Virus record (IMG/VR): IMGVR_UViG_3300044259_000063
Coordinates: 1-50,758 of that record
Length of the DNA: 50,758 bases
Direction: 5' to 3' (one strand)
Origin: a virus
Taxonomy: Duplodnaviria; Caudoviricetes
Shown: positions 8,688 to 18,918 of the stretch, piece after piece
Layout of the letters: every line of letters starts with the position of its first letter
Numbering within the stretch: position 1 is the first letter of the stretch
Notes under the pieces: generated by a model
Told to the model about the DNA's origin: nothing
The model's database searches: none
What the model saw: the letters and a program-made list of their open reading frames with translations, nothing else
Made by a program: the position numbers and the translations under genes

Positions 8688-11120
8688 ATGCAACCTCAAC
8701 AAGATCCTGATCTGCCAGACGCGCTGAACGACGAAGAGTTTTCCGCATCGGAAGACCGCGCCCAGCGTCTGCGCGACCTGAGCCTGTTGCTCGTTGGCAA
8801 GAGGCGTGAAGCAGTGGATGGCCGCGCGTCGTCCGGAATCGAGGAAATCTGGACTGAGGACGAGGAAGCCTACGAGGGTATTGACGACGCAAACCGCACT
8901 GAATCGCGGGTGATGAAGCCCACGAGCACGTCTGGCGGCTTGATGCGCACCCGGGCGACTTCGGTGACCCGATCGACAGTGTTCATCCGACTGACGACCC
9001 AGTACGTTGACTCCGCCGCGGCCCGCGTCTCGGACATGCTGCTGCCGACCGACGATCGGTGCTTTGAAATCAAGGCCACGCCCGTTCCCGACCTGGTTGA
9101 CCTGCTGGACAACCCCACGCCGGTCACTCAAAACGGCCTGCCGGCGATCCGCCCAGCGACGCCCCAAGACACGAATGTGATTGCCGGGCCGAACAACATC
9201 CCTGCCGTGCGCATCACTGTCGGCGACAAGGCCCAGGAAGAACTTGACCGAGCCAACGAATCCGCCAAGAAGGCCCAGACCCAGATTGACGATTGGCTAG
9301 TCGAATGCCAGTGGCACGCAGAGAAGCGCAAGAGCATTCATGACCGTGCAAAGCTGGGCGTGAGTGTCATGAAGGGGCCATTCCCCCAAAAGAAGCGCTC
9401 CACAAAGATGCTCCACAAAGACGGCCAAGCGGCTCTTGTGGTGCTGGAAGAAGTCAAGCCCGCATCCAAGCGAATTGACCCGTGGAATTTCTACCCTGAC
9501 CCGGCATGTGGCGAGGACATCCACAACGGGAATTTCACGTTTGAAAAAGACTTCCTGACCGACAAGCAGCTGCGCGCCCTGATTGGCGTGCCAGGCTATC
9601 TTGAAGAAGAAATCCGTGCCTGCCTGGAAGAAGGGCCGCAAAAGGCCTACGCCGAAGGCCGCAAGAAGAACAACGCCGAAACCGACCTCTACCAGGTCTG
9701 GTACTACCACGGCGAGATCAAGATTGCCGACCTGCGTGCTGCCGGCTACGACTTCCAGGGCGAAGACGAAGGCAAGTCGGACGATGACTCAATGCCTGCC
9801 GTGATGACCATGGTGAATGACCGAGTGATCAAGGCCGCGCTGAACATCCTGGACTCCGGTTCCTTCCCCTATGACGTTTGCGTCTGGCAGGTTCGATCTG
9901 GGTCGTGGGTAGGCATCGGTGTCGCGCGCCAACTGCGCGAGGCTCAAGGCGGGCTAAACGCCGCCGTGCGCAATCTGATGGACAACGCTGCATTGAGCGG
10001 TGGCCCAATGCTGATCATCAATCGCGAACTGCTCAAGCCGGTTGATGGGACATGGAATCTCACGCCGCGTAAGGTGTTTGAGACGACAAGCGAAGCCGAC
10101 AACAACACCGACGTTTCCAAGGCCATCGTGGCGGTCAACATCCCGTCAATGCAGGAAGAACTCATGCAGATCATCGAGTTTTTCCTGAAGATGGCCGAGC
10201 AGACGACGGGCATGCCGATGCTGCTGCAGGGTCAGACCGGCAACGCGCCCGATACCCTGGGCGGTCAACTCTTGGCCAACAACAACGCATCCACCGTGCT
10301 GCGTCGAATCGCCCGCCTGGACGATGACTGCTCGACCGAGCCGCACATTCGCCGGTACTACGAGTACCTGTTGCTGCATGGGGACGACGACTCGGCCAAG
10401 GGGAATTTCCAGATTGATGCCCGCGGCTCATCTGCCCTGGTTGAGCGCGATATCCAGAACCACGCAACGCTGCAGATTCTGCAGTTCGCCACCAACCCCG
10501 CCTTTGGGATTGACCCTTACAAGGCTGCAGCCGAAGCCATGAAGGCCCAGCGCCTGGATCCGAAGCGCTTCCAAATCTCCGAGGAGGAGATGGAGCAGCG
10601 CAAGAAGAACCCGCCGCCGCCGGCTCCGGTTGTGCAGGCCGCCCAGGTGCGCGCCCAGAGCGCAATCCGGATCAAGCAGATGGACCTGCAGGCTGAAAGC
10701 CAGTCCGACGCCCGGTCCGGTCAGCCGGCCGCACCTGATACCTCGCTGCAGGTGGCTCAGATCCGAAGAGACACTGAGCTGACCAAGGCTCAGATCAACC
10801 AGCAAACAGACATCGAAGAGCTGAAGCTGCGCCAGGCTGAGGCCCGTGAGCAGCGCGCGCATGAACTGCAGATGCGGACCATGGAATACGAAATGCGCTT
10901 GATGGAGTTCGCCTCCAACGAGCGGATCAGCCTGGCCGATGCCAAGACTCGATTGGCCGACACCTCGCTGAAGCTGACCACTCAGAAAGAACTGAGCAGC
11001 GATGCCATGGCCGCAGACCTGCACAAGCATCACAACCCAGCGCCTGCAGTGCCTGAGGTCGCAGAGCCGGCAATTGAGCCGGCCGGCCGCGCAGAGCCCG
11101 GCAACGCCTTCGCAGCATGA
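8688..11120 (+). CDS. Portal protein
   Basis: 810 aa; IDPWNFYPDP, GIGVARQLREAQ..LN..VRNLMDN, MAEQTTG motifs; long Q/E-rich coiled-coil C-terminus. Confidence 0.9.
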   Translation: MQPQQDPDLPDALNDEEFSASEDRAQRLRDLSLLLVGKRREAVDGRASSGIEEIWTEDEEAYEGIDDANRTESRVMKPTSTSGGLMRTRATSVTRSTVFIRLTTQYVDSAAARVSDMLLPTDDRCFEIKATPVPDLVDLLDNPTPVTQNGLPAIRPATPQDTNVIAGPNNIPAVRITVGDKAQEELDRANESAKKAQTQIDDWLVECQWHAEKRKSIHDRAKLGVSVMKGPFPQKKRSTKMLHKDGQAALVVLEEVKPASKRIDPWNFYPDPACGEDIHNGNFTFEKDFLTDKQLRALIGVPGYLEEEIRACLEEGPQKAYAEGRKKNNAETDLYQVWYYHGEIKIADLRAAGYDFQGEDEGKSDDDSMPAVMTMVNDRVIKAALNILDSGSFPYDVCVWQVRSGSWVGIGVARQLREAQGGLNAAVRNLMDNAALSGGPMLIINRELLKPVDGTWNLTPRKVFETTSEADNNTDVSKAIVAVNIPSMQEELMQIIEFFLKMAEQTTGMPMLLQGQTGNAPDTLGGQLLANNNASTVLRRIARLDDDCSTEPHIRRYYEYLLLHGDDDSAKGNFQIDARGSSALVERDIQNHATLQILQFATNPAFGIDPYKAAAEAMKAQRLDPKRFQISEEEMEQRKKNPPPPAPVVQAAQVRAQSAIRIKQMDLQAESQSDARSGQPAAPDTSLQVAQIRRDTELTKAQINQQTDIEELKLRQAEAREQRAHELQMRTMEYEMRLMEFASNERISLADAKTRLADTSLKLTTQKELSSDAMAADLHKHHNPAPAVPEVAEPAIEPAGRAEPGNAFAA

Positions 11121-11311
11121 AGCTGGAACAGCACGAAATCGACGGCAGCACCTGGACAAAGGTCCTCGCCTACGTCGAAGACCAAATTGAAAAACACAAG
11201 CGCTCATTGGAGACAGACCGCCCAGAACTGGAGACCGCGAAATTGCGCGGCCAGATCAAGGCGCTCCGATCGGTGCTGACTCTCGGACAGCTTGAACAAC
11301 CGTCCGAGTGA
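11117..11311 (+). CDS. Small conserved post-portal protein
   Basis: ATGA coupling; W..V....E...LE.....ETAKLRGQIKALR pattern. Confidence 0.75.
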   Translation: MKLEQHEIDGSTWTKVLAYVEDQIEKHKRSLETDRPELETAKLRGQIKALRSVLTLGQLEQPSE

Positions 11312-11424
11312 ATGAATTCGCTGGCTCGAAAGACCTGGCGATATGAGACGAACAGTGGCGGGAAACCGCAGCCCTTCGTCGTTCGTGGCCCGCATCAGCG
11401 GGCTTTTGTTTTTCTGGAGCAGGG

Positions 11425-12258
11425 ATGACGACCCAAGAGAACGACCTGAGCGCGGATTTCGCCTCGGGTTTTGATGACGTGACAGCAGCACCAGTTGAGC
11501 ACGTTGAGCAGCCCCAACCCGAAGTCATTGAGCAACCCGCCGAGTCGCCGGAGGCCGCTGAGCAATCAGCCGTTGCCGAGCAGCCGAGCACGGTTTCTTT
11601 GACCAAGGAAGAGTGGGAAACGGCCCGCGCCCAGCTCAACGAGCTCGCGGAGTTCCGCAGACAAGCAGCCAAACAGATCGATGGTATCGCCGGCAAGTAC
11701 GGCGAGGTCAATCGAACCCTGCAAAGCCTGCCCAAAGCGGTTTCTCCGGCCTTCAATCCCGAAATCGTGGCTCGACTCAAAGTCGATTACCCCGAACTTG
11801 GCGAATTGTTTGAGCAAGCCGGCGCAGCCGCCCAGGCCGCACCAGCTCAAGCGCCTGCAATCAACCAAGAAGAGATTGACCGACGCATCAATGAGACCGT
11901 CGCGCAGCGCGAGGAACGTCTTCGGATGGAACTCCGCCACGAGATGCTCAGCGATACGCACGAGGACTGGAAAGAGATCGTCGTGTCGCCTGAATTTGAG
12001 CAATGGCGCCTGCAGCAGCCGGCCGAGTTCGCGGAAAAGCTCATCAAGAGCCACTCCGTGAAGGTGGTGGCTGACGGGGTTTCTAAGTTCAAAGAGTTCC
12101 TGAAGTCGTCACAGCAGCCAGCAACACCGCCGGCACCTCCCGCGCCTCCAAAAAGAAAAGCACGCCTTGAAGCGGCCATCACGCCGCAGGGCAGCCCCAG
12201 TCGGGGTGCGCCCACAAAGACCGAAGCCGACTACTTCAAAGAAGGCTTCAACAGCTAA
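11425..12258 (+). CDS. Putative capsid scaffolding protein
   Basis: Acidic, helical; H.DWKEIV.SPEFEQW motif; located immediately before the capsid gene; GGAG RBS. Confidence 0.75.
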   Translation: MTTQENDLSADFASGFDDVTAAPVEHVEQPQPEVIEQPAESPEAAEQSAVAEQPSTVSLTKEEWETARAQLNELAEFRRQAAKQIDGIAGKYGEVNRTLQSLPKAVSPAFNPEIVARLKVDYPELGELFEQAGAAAQAAPAQAPAINQEEIDRRINETVAQREERLRMELRHEMLSDTHEDWKEIVVSPEFEQWRLQQPAEFAEKLIKSHSVKVVADGVSKFKEFLKSSQQPATPPAPPAPPKRKARLEAAITPQGSPSRGAPTKTEADYFKEGFNS

Positions 12259-12281
12259 ACCCCACGTAAAGGACTCTCATC

Positions 12282-13349
12282 ATGTCGATGAATGCTTTTA
12301 CCCTGAACCCGGCGCGAATCGCCAAGTTCAAGGGCCAAATCCTCAAGCACGCTATCCCCGTCGAAGTGCTCGGCCTGACTGGCCAGCAAATCGAAATGCC
12401 GCAGAACTCCAGTGACACCATCGTGTTCCGCCGCTGGCTGCCCTTCGGTGGCACCTCGGGCTCGCCCAACACCTTCTTCAGCAACGGCACCGGCGATCGC
12501 ACCACTGCGTACGCTCAGGCCCAGCTGACCCAGGAAGGCGTGACGCCACCCCCGGATTCCCTGGTGCCCCAAGACATCACCTCGGTCCTGAACCAGTATT
12601 CGGTGCTGTACGGTGTGACCGACAAGACCGTTTCGCTGTACGAAGACGACATCCCCCCGGAGATGATCCGTCAAGTCGGTGAGCGCGTCGGCCTGATCCG
12701 TGAAATGGTTCGCTTCGGCCAGCTCAAGGGCTGCACCAACCAGTACTACGGCGGCTCGGGCACCTCGCGCGCCACGGTGAACAGCTATCTGACGCTGCCC
12801 ATGCTGCGCCGGATCACTCGCAACCTGAAGAACAACCACGCCAAGTTCATCCGCCAAGCCCTGGCTCCGAGCCCGAACTTCGCAACGACCGCGGTTGAAG
12901 CCTGTTTCCTGGTGTACGCGCACACCGACCTGGAGCAGGACATCCGCGATCTGCCGTCGTTCAAGAACGTGGCCGACTACGGTTCGCGCAAGCCGATCAA
13001 CGAGTATGAAATCGGTTCGTGCGAGAACTTCCGATTCATCCTGAGCCCTGAACTGGTCTCCATCCAGGACTCCGGCGCGGCCGTTGGCTCGACCGGTTGC
13101 GTGTCCACCTCGGGCGCCAACATCGACGTGTACCAGTTCATCGTGGCCGCGGAAGACGCCTGGGGCCAAGTGATGCTGCGCGGCATGAACTCGGTCGACC
13201 CGACCTACATCCCGCCCAAGCAGAAGGACAAGAACGATCCGCTGGGCCAACGCGGCTACATCGGCACCACCTTCTGGTTCCAAACCGTTGTGCTGAACAA
13301 CGGCTGGATGGCCGTCGGCAACGTCGGCGCCAAGGCCCTGGTGGGCTGA
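12282..13349 (+). CDS. Major capsid protein, N4-gp56 family
   Basis: MPQNSSDTIVFRR, LTQEGVTP, EIGSCENFRFI, DPLGQRGYIG...LNNGWM; strongly biased codons. Confidence 0.92.
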   Translation: MSMNAFTLNPARIAKFKGQILKHAIPVEVLGLTGQQIEMPQNSSDTIVFRRWLPFGGTSGSPNTFFSNGTGDRTTAYAQAQLTQEGVTPPPDSLVPQDITSVLNQYSVLYGVTDKTVSLYEDDIPPEMIRQVGERVGLIREMVRFGQLKGCTNQYYGGSGTSRATVNSYLTLPMLRRITRNLKNNHAKFIRQALAPSPNFATTAVEACFLVYAHTDLEQDIRDLPSFKNVADYGSRKPINEYEIGSCENFRFILSPELVSIQDSGAAVGSTGCVSTSGANIDVYQFIVAAEDAWGQVMLRGMNSVDPTYIPPKQKDKNDPLGQRGYIGTTFWFQTVVLNNGWMAVGNVGAKALVG

Positions 13350-13364
13350 TAAAGGAGTCAGCAC

Positions 13365-13877
13365 ATGTTCAATTTGAATACCGTGCTGGCTCGCATCGCG
13401 TCCTCGATCGACCGGACGGCGCTCTACAAAGCGCTGTCTGGCGTCTACGACAAGATGTCCAGCCAGACTCTGACCTCGGCCGGCTTGGTGATCAAGGGAT
13501 CGAGCACCAAAGTCGCCAAGACCGGCTCCGCCGCGACCTACTACATCGCCAACGGCAAGTTGGGATCGATTGCCGGTTCCACCGACATGCCCGCACTCGT
13601 GGGCACTGTGACGAATGCGAAATTCAACGTGTTCGGCCTGTTTGTGGACTCAACCGGAACGGTGACTTCGGCCATGGGCATTGAAGGCGCGACGCTCGGC
13701 GCCGTAACCTTCCCGGCCCTGCCGCCCAAAACGGCCACCCTGGGCTTCATCGTCATCAATCCGACCGGCACCGGCAACTTCGTCGGTGGCACCACCAACC
13801 TGGATGACGCCACCGTTGTCCCGAACGCTGCGTACATCAGCGTCGTGGGCGATTTCGACACCACCGCTTTGATCTAA
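13365..13877 (+). CDS. Putative virion structural/decoration protein
   Basis: AAGGAG RBS, high-expression codon bias, follows the capsid gene. Confidence 0.7.
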   Translation: MFNLNTVLARIASSIDRTALYKALSGVYDKMSSQTLTSAGLVIKGSSTKVAKTGSAATYYIANGKLGSIAGSTDMPALVGTVTNAKFNVFGLFVDSTGTVTSAMGIEGATLGAVTFPALPPKTATLGFIVINPTGTGNFVGGTTNLDDATVVPNAAYISVVGDFDTTALI

Positions 13878-13886
13878 GGACAAGCC

Positions 13887-14378
13887 ATGTCTCAAAACCT
13901 CGACCTCTACGGCGGCAACTACGCCACCACCAAAGCCGGCTTGTCGGCTGGCACCACCACCACCTTCTCGACTGCCAACACCGTGCAATTCAGCGTCGGC
14001 GGCAAGTCGTACACGAAGACCGCCGTGACCAACGGCGCTACTCCGACCTCTGACGGCACCACCGGCGCTCTGTTCGCATTGCGCCCTGTGTTGCCCAACC
14101 AGGGCTCGGTGTTCACCTTCGGTTTCGACAAGTCGGGCAACGTGGTCGTGTCCCAAGGCGATATCAAGGCTCTCGACGCATCGGGCGCCTTCATTGATGC
14201 CCCTCAGTTCCCCAGCTTCCCCGACACCGCTGCGCCTTTCGCGTACCTCGTGGTCAAAGCCGGTTCGACTGCCTCGGCCTGGACCTTCGGCACCAGCAAC
14301 CTGGCAGGGCCACCCACCGGCGTGACCTTCACGTTTGTCGACGTGCTGACCTTGCCGGCCCGTCCGCAGATCGCCTAA
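13887..14378 (+). CDS. Putative virion structural/decoration protein
   Basis: AAGGA RBS, beta-rich, T/G-rich, high-expression codons. Confidence 0.7.
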   Translation: MSQNLDLYGGNYATTKAGLSAGTTTTFSTANTVQFSVGGKSYTKTAVTNGATPTSDGTTGALFALRPVLPNQGSVFTFGFDKSGNVVVSQGDIKALDASGAFIDAPQFPSFPDTAAPFAYLVVKAGSTASAWTFGTSNLAGPPTGVTFTFVDVLTLPARPQIA

Positions 14379-14393
14379 ACGGCACCCTAAACC

Positions 14394-14438
14394 AAGGCCC
14401 TTCGGGGCCTTTTCTTTTGAGCCCTTCGGGGCTTTTTT
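14394..14438 (+). terminator. Tandem intrinsic terminators
   Basis: Two consecutive GCCC-TTCG-GGGC hairpins, each with a T-tract. Confidence 0.8.
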
Positions 14439-14456
14439 CATTTCTGGAGCGAACAA

Positions 14457-14939
14457 ATGGCACGACAACCCCGCATTGACGCAGGTGACACCTACGAAAC
14501 CGACAAAACCTTCGACCTGCCCACGGTCGGCGACATCGTTCATGCGCCCAACGAGGAAATCATCACCGGTGAGGCTGTCAAAGCCGCCGGCGGTCTGGAC
14601 TACCAGGCTCAGCTGGCATTCATGGAAGAAAAGGTGACCGTCTCGGTCCTGGAAACCACGGACAAATACGCCGAGCCGATGCCGGCCGTCTATGTCAACG
14701 GTGTGGCCCAGTACTTCCCTCGCGGTGTGGCTGTGACCTGCAAGCGCAAGTTTGTTGAAGGCCTGGTGCGTGCCAAGCCCGAAGCCATCTCGGCCGACGT
14801 GACCGAGCGCAACAGCGAAAACCCGTCAAACCGAATCAATCGCCGATCAGCCGAGAAGTACCCCTTCCAGGTGCTGCGCGACGACAACCCCCGCGGCGCC
14901 TCCTGGCTGCACGCACTGCGCACTGAGGACCGCGTCTAA
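14457..14939 (+). CDS. Conserved phage hypothetical protein
   Basis: LAFMEEKVTV...VNGVAQYFPRG...YPFQVLRDDNPRGASWL. Confidence 0.75.
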   Translation: MARQPRIDAGDTYETDKTFDLPTVGDIVHAPNEEIITGEAVKAAGGLDYQAQLAFMEEKVTVSVLETTDKYAEPMPAVYVNGVAQYFPRGVAVTCKRKFVEGLVRAKPEAISADVTERNSENPSNRINRRSAEKYPFQVLRDDNPRGASWLHALRTEDRV

Positions 14940-14941
14940 CC

Positions 14942-15643
14942 ATGGCCGTCATCCAGCCCATGACCTTCCTTCAGCTTTGCAACAAGCTGATTGAGAAGTG
15001 CGGAATTTCAGGCACCCCCCTGAGCTCGACCGCAAACCAATCCGGCGAGATGGCCCGCGTGGTGGGCTGGATCAACGAGGCCTATCTCAACATCCAAGAG
15101 ATGTCAGACACCTGGGACTGGCTGGCAAAAGATGTGACCTTTCCGACGGTTGCCGGACAAGCTTCCTACACCCTGGCACAGATTGGCCTGGCTGATTATG
15201 CGGAATGGGATCAGCACAGTTTTCGGGTGTACTTCAACACGCCCGGGCAGCGTTCCGAGGTGTTTTTGGAGTGGCTTGACTGGCCGAACTACCGCGACAC
15301 CTACCAGTACGGGAATTTGCGCTTCACCACCGGTATGCCGCTGCACATCTCCAAGCGCCCAGAAGATCAGGCTCTGATGCTTGGCCTCACTCCGAGCGAT
15401 GTCGGCTTCACCGTCGTTGGCCGGTATTTTTCGGCTCCACAGGCCTTCTCTGCAGACGGCGACACGCCCGCATTCCCTGCTCGTTTTCACATGGCCATCG
15501 TCTATCTGGCCATGCAGTCTTATGGCAAGTACGAGGCCGCCCCTGAAGTCCTGCAAGAAGGGCTTGATCAGTTCAAGCCCATGATCAAACGCCTGATGAA
15601 GGACCAGCTCCAGCCCATCACCGTTGGGAGCCCGATGCTATGA
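14942..15643 (+). CDS. Head-tail adaptor protein
   Basis: MTFLQLCNK...WINEAY..IQ....WDWL, TVAGQASYTL, PARFHMAIVYLA adaptor motifs. Confidence 0.75.
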   Translation: MAVIQPMTFLQLCNKLIEKCGISGTPLSSTANQSGEMARVVGWINEAYLNIQEMSDTWDWLAKDVTFPTVAGQASYTLAQIGLADYAEWDQHSFRVYFNTPGQRSEVFLEWLDWPNYRDTYQYGNLRFTTGMPLHISKRPEDQALMLGLTPSDVGFTVVGRYFSAPQAFSADGDTPAFPARFHMAIVYLAMQSYGKYEAAPEVLQEGLDQFKPMIKRLMKDQLQPITVGSPML

Positions 15644-17703
15644 GCATGCGCCTGCCAGCTGTTCAGCAGAGCTTTTTCCCGCTGGAAGGCGGCCTGGATC
15701 TCGTCACGCCCGCAATTGCGCTCTCGCCTGGGAAGCTCTTTGATAGCCAGAACTTCGAGCCAGAGATCAGTGGTGGATACCGTCGGATCGATGGTTACGA
15801 GCGCTTCGATGGCAGGCCTTCGCCGACTTCGGCGCAATACTGGGTGATCTCGGCATCAATCACCGGTTCCGTCACCCTGGGCGCAACGCTCACAGGTGAT
15901 TCGTCGGGTGCAACTGGCCGAATCCTGGGTGTGTTTGGGTCGACCATTGTTCTGGGTCGCGTCACAGGCACTTACACCAGCGGCGAGGCCCTAAAAATCA
16001 GCGGCACTACCGTCGCAACGGCTACATCCGCGGCCAATCAAAACGGGGCTCCGTCCGCTTCTGACGATGCGGATTACATGCTGCTCGCGGCCAATGATTA
16101 CCGGGCGGACATTGGCGCCGTCTCGGGCTCTGGCCCCATCCGTGGCGTCTGGGTCTACCAAGACACGGTCTACGCTTTCCGCGATAACGCCGGCGGCACC
16201 GCGGGCATCATGTGGAAGGCCACCTCCGGCGGTTGGGTTCAGGTCATTTTCGGATCCGAGCTGCTGTTTACCAATCCAACGGCCCAGATCAATGCCGGCG
16301 TAACGATCACTGGCGCGACATCGGGGGCGACTGCAATTGTTGTGGTTCCGCTTCTGAGAACCGGCACATGGACCTCAGCCGGCGCTGGCAGTCTGGTCAT
16401 CACGCCCATTTCTGGCACGTTTGTCAGCGGCGAATTCATCAAGGTCAGCGGCACAAATGTGGCCACAACCTCCAGCGTTTCGGCCCCAATCACCCGGGCG
16501 CCCGGCGGCAAGATGGAGTTTGTCAATGCGAACTTCACCGGCTCCACGTCGGCCACCAAAATGTACGGCGTCGATGGCGTCAACACGGCGTTTGAGTTTG
16601 ACGGCACGACCTATGTGCCGATTCACACGGGCATGGCGACCGATACCCCGTCGCATGTCATGTTCCACAAGACGTATTTGTTCCTGTCGTTCCTGGGCTC
16701 GGTGCAGTTCAGCAGCCTGGGGGACCCATATTCCTGGACGGCGGTACTTGGTGCCGGCGAAATCGCAACCGGATCTCCTGTGACCGGATTTCTGCCCCAG
16801 GGCGGCACGTCGTCAGGCTCTGCGCTTGCGATCTTCACGGCCGATCGTACGTTCATCCTGTACGGGACAAGCGCCACCGATTTCACCATGGTCACTTCCC
16901 TGTACGACCTGGGGTATTCGGCCTTCACATGCCAGCAGATCAGCAATGACGCATGGGGGCTGACTGCGCGCGGCGTTCAGGCCCTGGTCACGACGTTGAC
17001 CTATGGCGACTTCGACTACGAGGCGCTTTCCTACCTCGTGCAGCCCTTCATCACCGCAAAGCGCGGGCTGGAAACAGCATCAACCTCCAGCCGGACCAAA
17101 AGCCAGTACCGGCTGTACTTCAGCGATGGTTATGCGCTTGTCATCGGAATCACCGGCGACAAGGCAAGCGGCTGCCTGGTGCTGAACTACAACAAGCCGG
17201 TTCGCTGCATCACCACAGCCACCCTCACGACGGGGGCCGAGGTGGTGTATTTCGGCTCGGATGATGGCTACGTCTACAAGGACAACACGGGCACATCTCA
17301 GGATGGAAACCCGATTGAGGCATGGATTCGCCCAGTCTTCAACAACGTCAAGTCCCCCCAGGTCATCAAGCGATTTCGGCGCGCCATCTTTGACGTGAAG
17401 ACCACCGGATACGCCAGGGTCAACATTTCCTATGACCTGGGCTATGCCAATCCAGATGCCCAGCCTTCTGCAGTGCGCCCCGACACCAATCTAACCGGCG
17501 CCGGCGGCTACTGGGATCAGTTCACATGGGATCAGTTCACATGGGACACCCAGGTGGTCACGACCGCCGCCATCTCGGTTGAAGGCTCGGCCAAAAACAT
17601 CGGCTTTTTGTTCTACACAAACCGGGCTCAGGACAAATCAATCACGGTCCAAGGGATCACCGTGACCTATACACCGCGCCGCCTGGGCCGCATGGACACT
17701 TGA
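15640..17703 (+). CDS. Tail nozzle / DNA stabilization protein (P22 gp10-like)
   Basis: GGLDL..P N-terminus, GGYRRIDGYERF, beta-propeller-like body, KRFRR and WDQFTWD C-terminus. Confidence 0.75.
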   Translation: MSMRLPAVQQSFFPLEGGLDLVTPAIALSPGKLFDSQNFEPEISGGYRRIDGYERFDGRPSPTSAQYWVISASITGSVTLGATLTGDSSGATGRILGVFGSTIVLGRVTGTYTSGEALKISGTTVATATSAANQNGAPSASDDADYMLLAANDYRADIGAVSGSGPIRGVWVYQDTVYAFRDNAGGTAGIMWKATSGGWVQVIFGSELLFTNPTAQINAGVTITGATSGATAIVVVPLLRTGTWTSAGAGSLVITPISGTFVSGEFIKVSGTNVATTSSVSAPITRAPGGKMEFVNANFTGSTSATKMYGVDGVNTAFEFDGTTYVPIHTGMATDTPSHVMFHKTYLFLSFLGSVQFSSLGDPYSWTAVLGAGEIATGSPVTGFLPQGGTSSGSALAIFTADRTFILYGTSATDFTMVTSLYDLGYSAFTCQQISNDAWGLTARGVQALVTTLTYGDFDYEALSYLVQPFITAKRGLETASTSSRTKSQYRLYFSDGYALVIGITGDKASGCLVLNYNKPVRCITTATLTTGAEVVYFGSDDGYVYKDNTGTSQDGNPIEAWIRPVFNNVKSPQVIKRFRRAIFDVKTTGYARVNISYDLGYANPDAQPSAVRPDTNLTGAGGYWDQFTWDQFTWDTQVVTTAAISVEGSAKNIGFLFYTNRAQDKSITVQGITVTYTPRRLGRMDT
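17513..17547 (+). repeat. 15-bp tandem repeat encoding WDQFT
   Basis: GGGATCAGTTCACAT repeated twice plus a partial copy. Confidence 0.8.
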
Positions 17704-17712
17704 GGAACCTGA

Positions 17713-18915
17713 ATGTCTTACTACACCCCCACCGGCGCGCCATCAAACCAGACCCGGGGCGTCTCTTCTTCGATTCGTGCGGAATTTGCCGCAATCGGCG
17801 CCGGCTTCGCTCTGCTGCCAACTGCGGCGGCCATCGCTGGCGGGTACGTCTCTTATGCGGTTGACGCCGGGACTTCGGCCAACACCTACATCATCACGAT
17901 CGGCTCGGCGGTTATCGCCTACGTCGACGGCCTCAGCATCACATTCAAGGCCAACTACTCCAACACCGGCGCCTCGACCATCAACGTGAATGGCCTGGGT
18001 GCAACTGCCATCGTGAACCCGGATGGCTCGGCCCTGGCGGCTGGTGAAATCACGGCCGGTCAGATCGTCCAGCTTTTTTACAGCGGCACGTCGGGGCAAT
18101 TTCAGCTGTCCTCAGCAAGTTCGGCAGCGGCGGCTGCTGTGGCAGCTGCGGCCTCGGCCAGCAGTGCTTCTTCGTCGGCTTCGGCAGCTGCTGCTTCGGC
18201 TGCGGCGGCTGGTCAGACCCTGGTGGGCACTTCGACCACTTCCATGACGGTGGCCACTGGCAATCAGACCTTCACGACGAACGCAGGCAAGGCCTGGATT
18301 CCCGGTCAATACGCGGTGATCGCCTACTCGGGCTCGGTCACCATGTCGGGCCTGATCACGGCCTACGACTCGACCACCGGTGCGATGACGGTCAATGTCA
18401 CGACCATCACCGGAAGCGGAACCTATGCCGCCTGGAACATCGGTCAGGCCATGAGCCCGACCCTTGCGAACACCTATCAAGGCCGACAGACCTTCTACGG
18501 CACAGCAAGCAATGAAGGCGCTGCATTCACCAACGTGGCAGAACTGGCTGTCATCAATGCCGCGTCACTGAACGGCGCGACCAACTTCTATGCCGCCTCG
18601 GGTGCGGTGCAGATGTACACGCTCGCCGCGACTGGAAATTTCACAGTCGCCTTCAAATTTTCTGCCTCGGTGAACATGGATTCCGTGATGGCGGTTGGCG
18701 ACTCCTTGAGCCTGGTGCTCCTTGCAACACAAGGTGCAACCGCCTACTACGCCACGGCATTCACGATCGATGGCAATGCGGTCATTCCTCAATGGCTGGG
18801 AGCGAACAGCCCAACATTTGGGAATGCTTCCAGCACTGACGCCTACACCTTCACCATCATCAAGACTGCTGCCGCGACCTTCACGGTCCTGGCCTCTCTT
18901 GCCCAGTACAAGTAA
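17713..18915 (+). CDS. Tail fibre protein
   Basis: ITFKANYSNTGASTINVNGLGA fibre-anchor motif, Ala/Ser linker, DAYTFTIIKTAAATFTVLAS C-terminal domain. Confidence 0.8.
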   Translation: MSYYTPTGAPSNQTRGVSSSIRAEFAAIGAGFALLPTAAAIAGGYVSYAVDAGTSANTYIITIGSAVIAYVDGLSITFKANYSNTGASTINVNGLGATAIVNPDGSALAAGEITAGQIVQLFYSGTSGQFQLSSASSAAAAAVAAAASASSASSSASAAAASAAAAGQTLVGTSTTSMTVATGNQTFTTNAGKAWIPGQYAVIAYSGSVTMSGLITAYDSTTGAMTVNVTTITGSGTYAAWNIGQAMSPTLANTYQGRQTFYGTASNEGAAFTNVAELAVINAASLNGATNFYAASGAVQMYTLAATGNFTVAFKFSASVNMDSVMAVGDSLSLVLLATQGATAYYATAFTIDGNAVIPQWLGANSPTFGNASSTDAYTFTIIKTAAATFTVLASLAQYK

Positions 18916-18918
18916 GCC

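Noticed and set aside
12255-13364. 369-aa antisense ORF over the capsid gene
   Set aside because: Shadow frame produced by GC3-biased codons of the real gene; no recognisable motifs
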